A DNA stretch of 64,000 nt from an uncultured Clostridia bacterium (GTDB taxonomy: Bacteria; Bacillota; Clostridia; Christensenellales; UBA1242), in the NCBI GenBank assembly GCA_947627545.1, contig CANQWK010000001.1, forward strand, positions 81,554-145,553. Direction: 5' to 3'. Below, piece by piece: positions 11,032 to 20,394 of this stretch (its first letter is position 1; the number at the start of each line of letters is the position of its first letter). A model generated the notes under the pieces. That model was not told the DNA's origin. It saw nothing but the letters and a program-made list of their open reading frames with translations, and did no database searches. A program made the translations under genes and the position numbers.

Positions 11032-12153
11032 TTATTTAACTTTTGTGCCGCAATGTTTACAGAATTTTGCATCTGGTGCTAGCGGCTTGCCACATTTTTT
11101 GCATACATCTGCACCAATTTCTAATTTTTCTCCGCAATTAACACAAAATTTGCTTCCTTTTGAAATTGGTTCGCCACATTTTGGACAAGACAAAGCCTGT
11201 GTTGCACCACATTCAGGACAAAATTTAGATTTCCCTGGAATTGTTGCTCCGCATTTTACGCATTGAATTGTTACAGGTTTTCGGCTATCTTTTGCTGTTG
11301 CAACCGAATTTGCAAACACTTCGCCAAGTTGTGCCCCTGCCCCTAAGCCTATGCCAAGCCCAGCAAGGTTGTTTCCACTAGGATTTTTTGCAGCATCGCC
11401 CATTGCATTTGCTGCTTTATATTGAGTGTATGTGCCAATTTTATCGCCAATAACTCCCATTTTTGTGCGTTCGTCAAGCATTTTTTCAACATCGTCTGGC
11501 AAGGACAAATTTTCAATTACAAAATTAGAAAGTTTTAAGCCAAGTGGAGCAAATTCTTCTTTGCTGTTCGCCTCCACAATTTTGCTAAGTTCTTTATAGT
11601 TCGCTGCCAAATCTAGTGCCGATAATTTACTTTCTCCTATTGCATCGGTTAAAATTTGAACCAAGGTTGATTTATATTGTGTAACTAAATCCGCAACGCG
11701 ATAAACCGGGTTAGTTCCAAAACATTCTCGCATGAATTTTGTTGGGTCTTCCACCTTAAAGGCAAATGTGCCATATCCTCGCAAACGAATATGTCCAAAA
11801 TCTACATCTCGCATCATAATAGGATTTTGTGTTCCCCACTTTTGACCAATAAAACGCTTTGTGTTTACAAAATAAACTTCCGCTTTTATGCGGCTTTCCC
11901 CTTTTGTTGAAAGGCTTAACATTTTAGTTAAAAACGGAATATTCTCAGTTGCCAATTTGTAAGTTCCTGGGCCAAAAACATCTGCAATTTCCCCTTTATG
12001 AACAAACACAGCAACCTGACTTTCCCTAACAACTAAGGTTGAACTATTCATAATTTCTTGCCCAGCAGGAAGAGTAAAACGATAAACAATAATATCGTTG
12101 CTAGCATCTTTCCATTCAATAACCGATAACATTTGTTTTTTTAAAAATCCCAT
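11032..12153 (-). CDS. SPFH/band-7 domain protein with zinc ribbons (YdjI-like)
   Basis: LVVRESQVAVF..GPGTY, KWGTQNP, C-terminal CxxC repeats. Confidence 0.88.
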   Translation of the reverse strand: MGFLKKQMLSVIEWKDASNDIIVYRFTLPAGQEIMNSSTLVVRESQVAVFVHKGEIADVFGPGTYKLATENIPFLTKMLSLSTKGESRIKAEVYFVNTKRFIGQKWGTQNPIMMRDVDFGHIRLRGYGTFAFKVEDPTKFMRECFGTNPVYRVADLVTQYKSTLVQILTDAIGESKLSALDLAANYKELSKIVEANSKEEFAPLGLKLSNFVIENLSLPDDVEKMLDERTKMGVIGDKIGTYTQYKAANAMGDAAKNPSGNNLAGLGIGLGAGAQLGEVFANSVATAKDSRKPVTIQCVKCGATIPGKSKFCPECGATQALSCPKCGEPISKGSKFCVNCGEKLEIGADVCKKCGKPLAPDAKFCKHCGTKVK

Positions 12154-12360
12154 AACAAACTCCTTAAATTAAAAATATTGTAGCATAAATAAAAACAGAT
12201 TGCAAATGTTTTAATCTATAAAACATTAACAAAAAAGGAATGAATAGTCTAGTTTACTATTATTCCAATTTAAAAATTATTACCTTTATTTCATTTTATT
12301 TTCTTTATTTTTAATTTTTATATTTTTATTTATTTTGCATTAATGTTATTTTCTTTTTTA

Positions 12361-13284
12361 TTATTTTTTAACCTTTTGTTTATTTATATCTTTTTTAACG
12401 CTTTCTTCTAAATTTTTTTGTTGAATAGGAATTTTTTTGCTATTCGTTTGCAAATTTTCTTTATTTTCTTTTGTGCTTGTTAAATTTTCTTTATTAACGT
12501 TTGTTAAATTTTCTTTATTATCATTTGAATTATTTATTGCTTTTGCTGCCTTTTTAGGACTAAACATTTGATGTAAAATTTCGTCAATTTTATCTTTAAA
12601 TCTTATGCTTAAATAGAACAATATTGCAATAATAACAATTATAATTCCCCAAACAACTAATCCCCAGCCGTGAAATGGAATTATTGCTCCGCTGCCAAAG
12701 AAAACTGCACAAAAAATTCCCAAGCCTCTTGCCAAAATGTTGGTCCAAAAGAAGAATGAAAAACTCATATTTGTTAGCCCTGCAATAACGCACAAAATGT
12801 CATCTGGAAAGCATGGGAATAACATCATAAGGAAAAACAAATATTTTCCACCGCTCATTTTATCTATCCACTTTTCAGCGGTTTCTTTGCCTATCATCCA
12901 ATTTAAAAATTTTCGCCCTGCTTTTCTTCCAATCCAAAACATAATTATGCTGCCAAACATAACGGCGGCATAACTCATAAAAAAGGCTTCCCACCTGCCA
13001 AAAATTATTGCTCCTGCAACGGTAACAAACAAAGATGGTATTTGAAGAATTGTGGTTTGCAAAATTTGAAAAATAATAAAAATTATAAAACTAAACGCCC
13101 CACCTTTTTCCACAATGGCACGAATTTTATCAACAGAATTTACTTTTTCCCAGCCGCCTGTTACACGCAAAATTATGTAAACAATTCCGCAAATTGCCGC
13201 CAACAAAACAATAACAAGAATTAATCTCATTATCTTGCCATGAGTGGTTTTATTGTCAAAAAGGCGTTTCAATTTTTCTTTCAT
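12361..13284 (-). CDS. DedA/VTT (TVP38/TMEM64) membrane protein
   Basis: FQILQTTILQIP, LFPCFPDDILCVIAG; multiple TM segments. Confidence 0.85.
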   Translation of the reverse strand: MKEKLKRLFDNKTTHGKIMRLILVIVLLAAICGIVYIILRVTGGWEKVNSVDKIRAIVEKGGAFSFIIFIIFQILQTTILQIPSLFVTVAGAIIFGRWEAFFMSYAAVMFGSIIMFWIGRKAGRKFLNWMIGKETAEKWIDKMSGGKYLFFLMMLFPCFPDDILCVIAGLTNMSFSFFFWTNILARGLGIFCAVFFGSGAIIPFHGWGLVVWGIIIVIIAILFYLSIRFKDKIDEILHQMFSPKKAAKAINNSNDNKENLTNVNKENLTSTKENKENLQTNSKKIPIQQKNLEESVKKDINKQKVKK

Positions 13285-13425
13285 ATTATTATTTTATTTC
13301 AAAAAACATAAAAAATTGTTAATTTTAAATATTTTTTAAAATGTTTTGTAAATCATTTTTAACAATGCTAAAATTTTGGCATTATTTTTAATTTGTTTTA
13401 TTAACTGTTTTAATTAAGTTGAAAT

Positions 13426-14835
13426 TTAAAAAAGTGTTTCAATTTTTAAAAGATTTGTGCAGCCCAACTCTTTAGGTGTGCCACATGTAATAACAATGCT
13501 ATCATTTGATTTTGCAAGGTTAAGTTTTTTAACAAGGTTATTTGCAATTTTAAACATTTCATCAGTTGAATTATAAACTTTTGAAAGCACTGGTTTTATT
13601 CCCCAACAAAGTTCAAGTTGCCTATAAACTTTTTCATTAGGAGTAACCGCCACAATTGTGCTAGCAGGTCTAAAACGACTAACCATTTTTGCTGTTTGTC
13701 CGCTTGTGGTAAACGCCACAATAAGTTTGCATTGCTTTAAAAAACTTGCATCTACTGCACTATGCGAAACAACATCGGTTATATCATTTAATTTTGTTTC
13801 ACATTCTTTAAATTTAGCATAATAATTTATATGTTTTTCAGTTTCTACACACACTTTAAACATAGTTTTTACCGCTTCAATTGGATATTTCCCTGAAGCC
13901 GTTTCACCCGACAACATTACTGCGCTGCTACCGTCATAAACAGCGTTGGCAACATCGTTAATTTCCGCACGCGTTGCTCGGTTGTTTGTAATCATGCTTT
14001 CTAACATTTCAGTTGCTGTTATTGTTATTTTGCCCTTTTCTTTTGCACGTTTTATAATTGTTTTTTGAATATCTGGCAAACGTTCAATTGGAAGTTCAAC
14101 GCCTAAATCTCCACGCGCCACCATTACGCCATCACTTACATCTATAATTTCATCTAGGTTTTTTACCCCCAAAGCAGACTCAATTTTAGATATAATTTTC
14201 ATGTTTCCGCCGTTTGAATTTATAAAATCTTTAACCGCTAAAACATCTTGTTTGCCGTTTACAAAACTTATTGCAATTAAATCAATATCATTCTTTATTG
14301 CCCACAAAATGTCCGCTTTATCTAAATTGTTTAAATATTCTGTTTTAAAATTTACATTCGGCATAAACAAACTTTTGTTGTTAAAAATTACGCCAGAATT
14401 TACTGCCTTTGTAACAATGTCTTTGCCTTTAATTTCAACAACTTTAAAAGTTATCATTCCATCGCACGCTAAAATTTTATTGCCCACTTTAACACTTTTA
14501 ACAATTTCTGGCAGATTTATGCTAACAATTTTATCACTACCCTCAATTTGACGCCCTGTAAAAACAAACTCCTGCCCACGCTTGATATTTACCGCACCGC
14601 TTTTAAAAGTTTTAACCCTTACCTCAGGGCCGCGAGTGTCTAACATAATTGGCAAAGGAATATTTAAATCCTTCCTTAATTTTAAAACATTTTTAACCAA
14701 TAAATCCATATCCGGCTGTTTTGCATGCGAAAGATTAAGCCTAATTACATTAAGCCCATTTAAACACATTTTTTTCAATGTGTTATAATCAGCACAACTC
14801 GGCCCAAAGGTTGCCACAATTTTTGTTTTTTTCAT
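13426..14835 (-). CDS. pyk: Pyruvate kinase
   Basis: KTKIVATFGP, DTRGPEVR, MVARGDLGVE, AVMLSGETA. Confidence 0.97.
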   Translation of the reverse strand: MKKTKIVATFGPSCADYNTLKKMCLNGLNVIRLNLSHAKQPDMDLLVKNVLKLRKDLNIPLPIMLDTRGPEVRVKTFKSGAVNIKRGQEFVFTGRQIEGSDKIVSINLPEIVKSVKVGNKILACDGMITFKVVEIKGKDIVTKAVNSGVIFNNKSLFMPNVNFKTEYLNNLDKADILWAIKNDIDLIAISFVNGKQDVLAVKDFINSNGGNMKIISKIESALGVKNLDEIIDVSDGVMVARGDLGVELPIERLPDIQKTIIKRAKEKGKITITATEMLESMITNNRATRAEINDVANAVYDGSSAVMLSGETASGKYPIEAVKTMFKVCVETEKHINYYAKFKECETKLNDITDVVSHSAVDASFLKQCKLIVAFTTSGQTAKMVSRFRPASTIVAVTPNEKVYRQLELCWGIKPVLSKVYNSTDEMFKIANNLVKKLNLAKSNDSIVITCGTPKELGCTNLLKIETLF

Positions 14836-15088
14836 TTTGTCCCCTTTTTTATTTCTAATTTTAATATATCTATTTTTCGCTTTTAATAATTATTTTTTAT
14901 AGTATATCAAAATTTTTTATATTTTAAAAGTAAATTAATAATATAAAAAATAAATAAAATTACATAAAATTTTTTAAAAATATAAAAAAACAATGTAAAT
15001 TTTAAACATTTTTTTAATTTTCTTTAAAAAAAACACAATTTTTATAATTTTTTTGAAAAAATATATTTATATAATTATTGCAAATCTA

Positions 15089-15116
15089 TTGAAAATTTTT
15101 TTATTTATGATATAAT
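15089..15116 (+). promoter_or_regulatory. Probable ssrA promoter
   Basis: TTGAAA-16-TATAAT with extended TG. Confidence 0.5.
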
Positions 15117-15180
15117 TATAACATTGTTAAATAAATATAAAATATTTATTCATGCAATGCTTTACCTAATAGCGCAACGT

Positions 15181-15534
15181 GGGGATGACTTAGTTTCGAC
15201 TGTCAAATTAATTGTTTATACGCATACCGAGCGACATCTCGATAAACATGTGTTCGTTAGCTCGAACTTAAACAAACGCTAAACAAGAAAATAAACTTGC
15301 TTACGCCGCTTAGTGCGTAGCCGCTAGTTTAAGGGTACCGATACTTTAAAGCCTAGCGTCGTTAATCGGTTAACGCTTTTAAGCATTGCCTAGTGATTAA
15401 AAGTGTACAAAATAGGCTAGTTAAAACAAAGTGTTAGCGAAGTTTGTTTTAGCAAAACTAGACACTAACTAAGTATGTAGAGTATGGGCAGTTCGTTTGT
15501 CAGGACAGGGGTGCAACTCCCCTCATCTCCACCA
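15181..15534 (+). ncRNA. ssrA: tmRNA; tag ORF 15278-15313 encodes (A)AKQENKLAYAA*
   Basis: 5' GGGGATGA..TTTCGAC; 3' AGGGG-TGCAACT-CCCCT-CATCTCCACCA; tag ends YAA-stop; length 354 nt. Confidence 0.95.
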
Positions 15535-15536
15535 AA
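15510..15536 (+). repeat. Left attachment core GGTGCAACTCCCCTCATCTCCACCAAA
   Basis: Identical to 30170-30196. Confidence 0.93.
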
Positions 15537-15537
15537 T

Positions 15538-15558
15538 AGCACAATATATTGTGCTTTT
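15538..15558 (+). terminator. Element-supplied terminator after ssrA
   Basis: agcacaat-at-attgtgct-ttt. Confidence 0.55.
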
Positions 15559-15598
15559 AAAATGGCTTAATCACATAATATGGTGTATGTTGATTAGG

Positions 15599-16654
15599 TC
15601 AATTTTTTTTGTGAGTAGAATTTGAGTAGAATTTTGACTTGTTAAGTATATTAATATACTTATCGTCAATATCGTTATTATGCTTTGTGTAAACTTGTGA
15701 AGTTATCTTGCTGCCAATTTTATGCCCAACCCATGATTGAATTACAAATTCTGGAATTTCATTTTCTTTACATCTCGTTATAAAAGTTGCTCTTAAATCT
15801 TTTAATTTAAAATCGAATGTTAATTTTGTTTTTATTTCTTTCATTAAAAGTTGCAACTGTTTATTTGATATATCGAAAATTCTATTTTTGGCATTTTTAT
15901 ATTTAATTAAAATATCTTTTGTTGTTTCAAACATTGGCATTGTTCTTTTGCTTTGTTCGTTTTTAGTGCTATCAAACTCGTTATATTTGTTAAAGCCTTT
16001 GTCAATAGTTATTGTTTTTTTATCAAAATTCAAATTATCTATTGTTAAACCTAGCACTTCGCCTTTTCTTAAACCCTGGAATAAAGATATTAAAAACAAA
16101 TCTCCATTTTTTAATTTACTGCTTGCGTTTATTAACTCTTGTTCTTGGTTATAAGTTAATGCGTTACTGTTTTTCTTGGTGTGTCTTGGTCTTTCAATTC
16201 TTTTTATAATATTTTTGTCAATAATCTCGTTGTCTTCGGCTTTTTGAAAAACAATTTTTAAAAGTTCATAAAGTTTTTGTTTTTGCCTTTCCGCCGACAT
16301 ATTATTTAAAACATTCAAAATGGTTGCTACATTTATTTGATTTAAAGGCAAATCTTTTATATCTTGCGGTATGTTCTTAAAAATTATTTTGTAATCTAAA
16401 AGAGTTGTATCTTTTACTTTGCCTATTTTGTATAATTCTAGCCATTTATTAAACCATTGATTTAAAGACATCGTTTTAATAAATGTAATTTTTTCATTAG
16501 TGCTATTGATATTTTTTAATGCTTTTTTTAATTTGTTGTAACACTCCTGCTGTGTTTTTGCACTTATGTATTGCTGTTTGCCATTACTTCTAAACCTAGT
16601 GTACCAAGTGTTACATTTTATATTTTTATGTATTGTTACTCCTCTATATTTCAA
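15599..16654 (-). CDS. Tyrosine recombinase/phage integrase (frame open to 16762; likely start TTG 16654)
   Basis: GLRKGEVLGL, KDLRATFITR, WVGH..SKITSQVYTK catalytic motifs; GGAGG SD 8 nt before TTG 16654. Confidence 0.93.
   Translation of the reverse strand: MKYRGVTIHKNIKCNTWYTRFRSNGKQQYISAKTQQECYNKLKKALKNINSTNEKITFIKTMSLNQWFNKWLELYKIGKVKDTTLLDYKIIFKNIPQDIKDLPLNQINVATILNVLNNMSAERQKQKLYELLKIVFQKAEDNEIIDKNIIKRIERPRHTKKNSNALTYNQEQELINASSKLKNGDLFLISLFQGLRKGEVLGLTIDNLNFDKKTITIDKGFNKYNEFDSTKNEQSKRTMPMFETTKDILIKYKNAKNRIFDISNKQLQLLMKEIKTKLTFDFKLKDLRATFITRCKENEIPEFVIQSWVGHKIGSKITSQVYTKHNNDIDDKYINILNKSKFYSNSTHKKN
15612..15633 (+). repeat. Tandem TGAGTAGAATT x2, putative integrase arm-binding sites (also 30101-30122 and 32057-32078)
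   Basis: Same 11-bp doublet lies near each att junction. Confidence 0.7.
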
Positions 16655-16826
16655 TTTTAATTCCTCCATTAAAAGAGGAACATTTTTTGATTTTTGTTTT
16701 TTTAAATCTTCTTTATCTAATTTACCTTTTAAATATGCTTCATATAATTCTACTTCTACCAATATATATTTGAATTGTTCTTTTTGTTTTTTAAAAATTC
16801 ATTCATTTTCATTAATTCATTAATCA

Positions 16827-17393
16827 TTACAAACCATACCTCACTTTATCATTTTCAGAAATGGTTAATTTTTCTAATCTCATTTGGAATGATACATTAT
16901 GACTTTTATCTAAATAATAGGTCAACATATTTCGTTCCTGATAAATTTCATTATCTAATCCAGGAAAAAACAATTGCCCATTTTTTAACACTTCATATTT
17001 CAATTCTAATAGCCCACTTTTAGATAAAATTTGTCCTGACGAAACAATTTTTATTCTATATTCATAATAGATTTTTAAAATATTTGAATTTGATACACAT
17101 GCTCCTTTTTCTAATTTTGAAATTAAAGTTAAAGGTCTAGAAAATTCATTATTTCCATAATCAGAATTGAGTATATCAACTATTTGTCCGTCATCTCCAA
17201 TAATTTTTAATATTGCAGTATTAAACATTAAATTTTCATTCATTTCCATTTGAGTAAAATAATTATAAATTATATTAATTTTTTGTTCTTTGAATTTCTC
17301 TCTTATGAACAATCCAAAACCTATTGCTGTTGTAATTACAAATAAAAATATAATAAGGCAATATATTAAATCTTTTTTTGTGGTTCTTAACAT
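16827..17393 (-). CDS. Membrane-anchored hypothetical protein in lysogeny module (possible exclusion protein)
   Basis: N-terminal TM; located between repressor and integrase. Confidence 0.55.
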   Translation of the reverse strand: MLRTTKKDLIYCLIIFLFVITTAIGFGLFIREKFKEQKINIIYNYFTQMEMNENLMFNTAILKIIGDDGQIVDILNSDYGNNEFSRPLTLISKLEKGACVSNSNILKIYYEYRIKIVSSGQILSKSGLLELKYEVLKNGQLFFPGLDNEIYQERNMLTYYLDKSHNVSFQMRLEKLTISENDKVRYGL

Positions 17394-17396
17394 ACT

Positions 17397-17702
17397 TTAC
17401 TCCGTCAAGCCCTTTACATAGGCTTTTGTTTTAGCCAATTCAAGAGAGTCCATTTTTAAAATTTTCTTAATTAGATAAGCCTCATCTTCATTTAAAAATT
17501 TTAAATTTACAACTTCACTCTCTCTTCCAACTAATTCATCTAATGTAACATTGAAAAAATCAGCCATTTTTACTAAAACACTTATGTTTGGTTCATTTTT
17601 TCCTGCCTCATAATTAAAAAATGTAGTATGCGGCATTCCTAATTTTTTAGCCAACTCATTTTGGGACAGATTCATCTTTTGTCTTAATTCTTTGATTTTC
17701 AT
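17397..17702 (-). CDS. XRE-family HTH repressor (CI-like)
   Basis: IKELRQKMNLSQNELAKKLG...YEAGKNEP...FFNVTLDELVG. Confidence 0.92.
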   Translation of the reverse strand: MKIKELRQKMNLSQNELAKKLGMPHTTFFNYEAGKNEPNISVLVKMADFFNVTLDELVGRESEVVNLKFLNEDEAYLIKKILKMDSLELAKTKAYVKGLTE

Positions 17703-17713
17703 ATAAAAAAACT

Positions 17714-17888
17714 CCTTTTGTTCGACATTGATAGTTTACTTAAATCGGGGACTTTATTCAAGTTTTTAAAAAATATTTTTTATAAAATTCTTAAAAGTAG
17801 GTTAAAACACTTGACATTTGTCAACAATTTGGACTATTTTAATAATAAATATTCTTGATATAAGAATATTTACGCCTTTTGTTCGACA
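17714..17888. promoter_or_regulatory. Divergent switch region with putative operators
   Basis: CCTTTTGTTCGACA direct repeat at 17714 and 17875; TTGACATTTGTCAA palindrome at 17811; AATATTCTT-N5-AAGAATATT near 17848. Confidence 0.55.
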
Positions 17889-17921
17889 AATAAAAGGTTA
17901 AGGGCTTGCAGCCCTTACATG

Positions 17922-18696
17922 TTGGCTAGTTAGACTGTGAGCAGTGCAACCCTGCAAGCCGAGTTTTAAGCTATTAAAAGGGGGTGATTAATGCGGATTT
18001 AAAGAGATAAAAAGCAGCTTGCTAATTAATTTCCTATCTAAATATAAAATTCACCCTAATGAATTTTAATTAAAAATATCCATTTTTATGGATATTTTAC
18101 GCCGATAGGTTAAAGCCTACACGCAGTGCAAATCTGCAATCGGTTTAAAAAGGAGTGTTTATGATTAAAGTCTACATAAGGAGCAAAAATGACAAAAGAA
18201 GAAGTAAGTAAACAACTTTTGGAACTTCAAAAGGAATATAAAAATTTGTTTAGAGATTATTCTTTGGTTTGCAAAGAAAATGCTAATTTTAAAGAACAAC
18301 TTTCTAAAAGTTCCAAAAAGAAAGATACTTTGTTGCTATCCAATCAGCAAAGCTTAACAAATTATATTTTATCGCAAGGCTACACAGTTGAAGAATGGAA
18401 AAAATGTGCTGATGAACTTTGTCAATATGGTTCAGCAAATGGTCATTTTGAAGATGATTATTTAATAAGCCTTGTAATTGGTTGGTTGTATAAGTTCTAA
18501 ACAGCGTAAAGCTGTGAATATACGAGAGTTTTGCGGCTCTCCCTCCTTGTCGGTTGGGTTAAGCTCTTGTCATGTGCAAATCATGAAACCGACAAAATAA
18601 CACTTCTTTGTGGAGGGGCTACCCTCTTGCAAGCGAGGGCATTTGCCCTTCGTGGTGGTTGGAATTAGCCTATTGAGTGCAAATCTCAAAACCGCC
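17922..18696 (+). ncRNA. Four tRNA-like mini-structures (17922-17962, 18101-18144, 18547-18595, 18654-18696)
   Basis: Each has an outer stem, a small hairpin and a 4-5 bp stem with TGCAA(A/C)(T/C) loop; stems differ in sequence but keep pairing. Confidence 0.65.
18189..18500 (+). CDS. Phage-like hypothetical protein
   Basis: 103 aa, AAGGAG SD. Confidence 0.7.
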   Translation: MTKEEVSKQLLELQKEYKNLFRDYSLVCKENANFKEQLSKSSKKKDTLLLSNQQSLTNYILSQGYTVEEWKKCADELCQYGSANGHFEDDYLISLVIGWLYKF

Positions 18697-18714
18697 TAAA
18701 AGGAGATTTAGTGT

Positions 18715-19026
18715 TTGCAAAAAGAATGTCGATTTTGCAAGTTTACTATTTACAACTCTTGGGAAATTGAGGGGTTTAGTGATTATTACTCTTTTGTTAA
18801 AAAGAGAGATAAATTACTAAAAGAAGGAACAATTTTAACATATTTAATTAATTCAAAAGAAGGCAAAGATTATTTTGTTGAAAAAATTTCATTTAAGTCA
18901 AGAATGAAAGAACTGCAATCAAAACACATTGGCTTCTATCCTTTTGTTTTAATTGAAGGTAATACAAAATATGTCCCTTATAGTTCAATTCTCAAAGATA
19001 AAAATTTAAAGCAAAAATATGCTTAA
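18715..19026 (+). CDS. Phage-like hypothetical protein
   Basis: 103 aa, TTG start with AAGGAG SD. Confidence 0.6.
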   Translation: MQKECRFCKFTIYNSWEIEGFSDYYSFVKKRDKLLKEGTILTYLINSKEGKDYFVEKISFKSRMKELQSKHIGFYPFVLIEGNTKYVPYSSILKDKNLKQKYA

Positions 19027-19047
19027 AGTAAACTAAAACACAAAGAA

Positions 19048-19968
19048 GTGAGTATGAAAAAAAGACGAAGTTTCATCTTTTACGCATCTTATTATGATGC
19101 AATTTGCGACTTGCCAGAAGAAATGCAAGGTCGCATGTACAAAATTATTGTTGATTATGCTATGTCCAAAGAAGAGCCTTCAGAAAAAAAGTTACAGGGT
19201 GTTTTGAAAAGTTATTTTAAACTTATAAAACCAAACATAGATGCAGGCATAAGAAGGTATGAAAATGGTTTGAAAGGTGGTGCACCAAAAGGCAATAAAA
19301 ATGCACAAAAAAACACTGATGAAAAAACAACTAAAAAACAACCTAACACACAAGTTGAAAAACAACCTCAAAACAACCTAAAACCGACTAAAAAACAATT
19401 GCATAAAGACTTGGAAACTGAAAACCGCTTAAAAATTGACGAAAATCAGCAAAAAAACAACCTAGAAACAACCAAGAAACAACCTAAAAACAACCTAAAA
19501 ACAAGCAAAATTCAACCTAAAAACAACCTAGAAACAACCGAAAAACAACCTGATATATATCTTGATATAATCAAAGAACAAGAACTAGAACAAGAACTAG
19601 AACAAGAGCAAGATATTGTTTATTCTAACGAACAAACAAATGTTCGTGCGATGGTTGAGGATTGGCTAGAAATTTTGTTTATGAGATTACATAACCTGAA
19701 TGCTGAACAATATCTTGATAATTCAATTACTGAACGCATTAGGCAGATGTTTTTAAAGGTTGCAAATGAACCAAATTGGAATATTGACAAATCTACATTG
19801 CCAAATTACAAAATTCTAGAAAAATTTGTTGATTTATTTAGAGGCGAGCCAAAAGTTGTGCAAGATATGTTTTACAAAACTTTTGAGGTTATAGACGGCA
19901 AATCAAACATAGCAAACAAATTAAAATATGCTGTTGGCGTATTTTATAACAAATCTTGTGGGTTCTAA
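19048..19968 (+). CDS. DUF6291-type phage replication initiator / replisome organiser
   Basis: RSFIFYASYYDAI..L..E..GR, NGLKGGAPKGNKNA, low-complexity linker, EQELEQE. Confidence 0.75.
   Translation: MSMKKRRSFIFYASYYDAICDLPEEMQGRMYKIIVDYAMSKEEPSEKKLQGVLKSYFKLIKPNIDAGIRRYENGLKGGAPKGNKNAQKNTDEKTTKKQPNTQVEKQPQNNLKPTKKQLHKDLETENRLKIDENQQKNNLETTKKQPKNNLKTSKIQPKNNLETTEKQPDIYLDIIKEQELEQELEQEQDIVYSNEQTNVRAMVEDWLEILFMRLHNLNAEQYLDNSITERIRQMFLKVANEPNWNIDKSTLPNYKILEKFVDLFRGEPKVVQDMFYKTFEVIDGKSNIANKLKYAVGVFYNKSCGF
19325..19551 (+). repeat. Iteron-like AAACAACC(T)A repeats (~11-bp period, more than 10 copies) inside the initiator gene; probable origin
   Basis: Directly visible, e.g. aaaaacaacctagaaacaaccaagaaacaacctaaaaacaaccta. 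Confidence 0.65.
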
Positions 19969-19980
19969 AAGGAGGTAGTA

Positions 19981-20214
19981 ATGAATTATAAGGCTAAAAA
20001 ATTCTTTTTATGGCTATTGTGTGTTGTGTTGGTTGCTGCAATTTCTGTAATACTAATCAATTCACTTATAGCCAACATTCACAATGTTTCAATGTTGCAA
20101 GAATGGAAGAGTTTCGGCTCGGACATGGCAAAATTCGGCAAAGTGTGTGCTAAATTCTTCACAAATTTTGGCAACGGAATTGCTAATTTCTTTAAAAAAA
20201 TTTTTAAAAAATAG
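19981..20214 (+). CDS. Small single-TM protein with basic amphipathic C-terminus (coat/matrix-like)
   Basis: AGGAGG SD; TM ~9-30; ends FGNGIANFFKKIFKK. Confidence 0.65.
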   Translation: MNYKAKKFFLWLLCVVLVAAISVILINSLIANIHNVSMLQEWKSFGSDMAKFGKVCAKFFTNFGNGIANFFKKIFKK

Positions 20215-20223
20215 AGGACGATT

Positions 20224-20385
20224 ATGAAAGTATTATTAATTATTATAGGCATAGTTCTAATTGCAATCTTTACAGGCACATGGATATTTAACGGCGGTGC
20301 TTGGATATTTGATTTATTTGCAAAAGGTTTTAAATTTATGGCAAAAATCTTTGACTTCTTCGGTTGGAATAAAGGAATTGTTTAG
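20224..20385 (+). CDS. 53-aa hydrophobic protein absent from the ORF track (coat-like)
   Basis: GAGG SD; MKVLLIIIGIVLIAIFTGTWIFNGGAWIFDLFAKGFKFMAKIFDFFGWNKGIV*. Confidence 0.7.
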   Translation: MKVLLIIIGIVLIAIFTGTWIFNGGAWIFDLFAKGFKFMAKIFDFFGWNKGIV

Positions 20386-20394
20386 GAGGAGAAT

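Noticed and set aside
17922-18696. True tRNA genes in the element
   Set aside because: Units are only 41-49 nt, with no anticodon arm or CCA end; reported as tRNA-like structures instead.
19325-19612. CRISPR array
   Set aside because: Repeats are short, contiguous, lack unique spacers and lie inside a CDS; no cas genes in the window.
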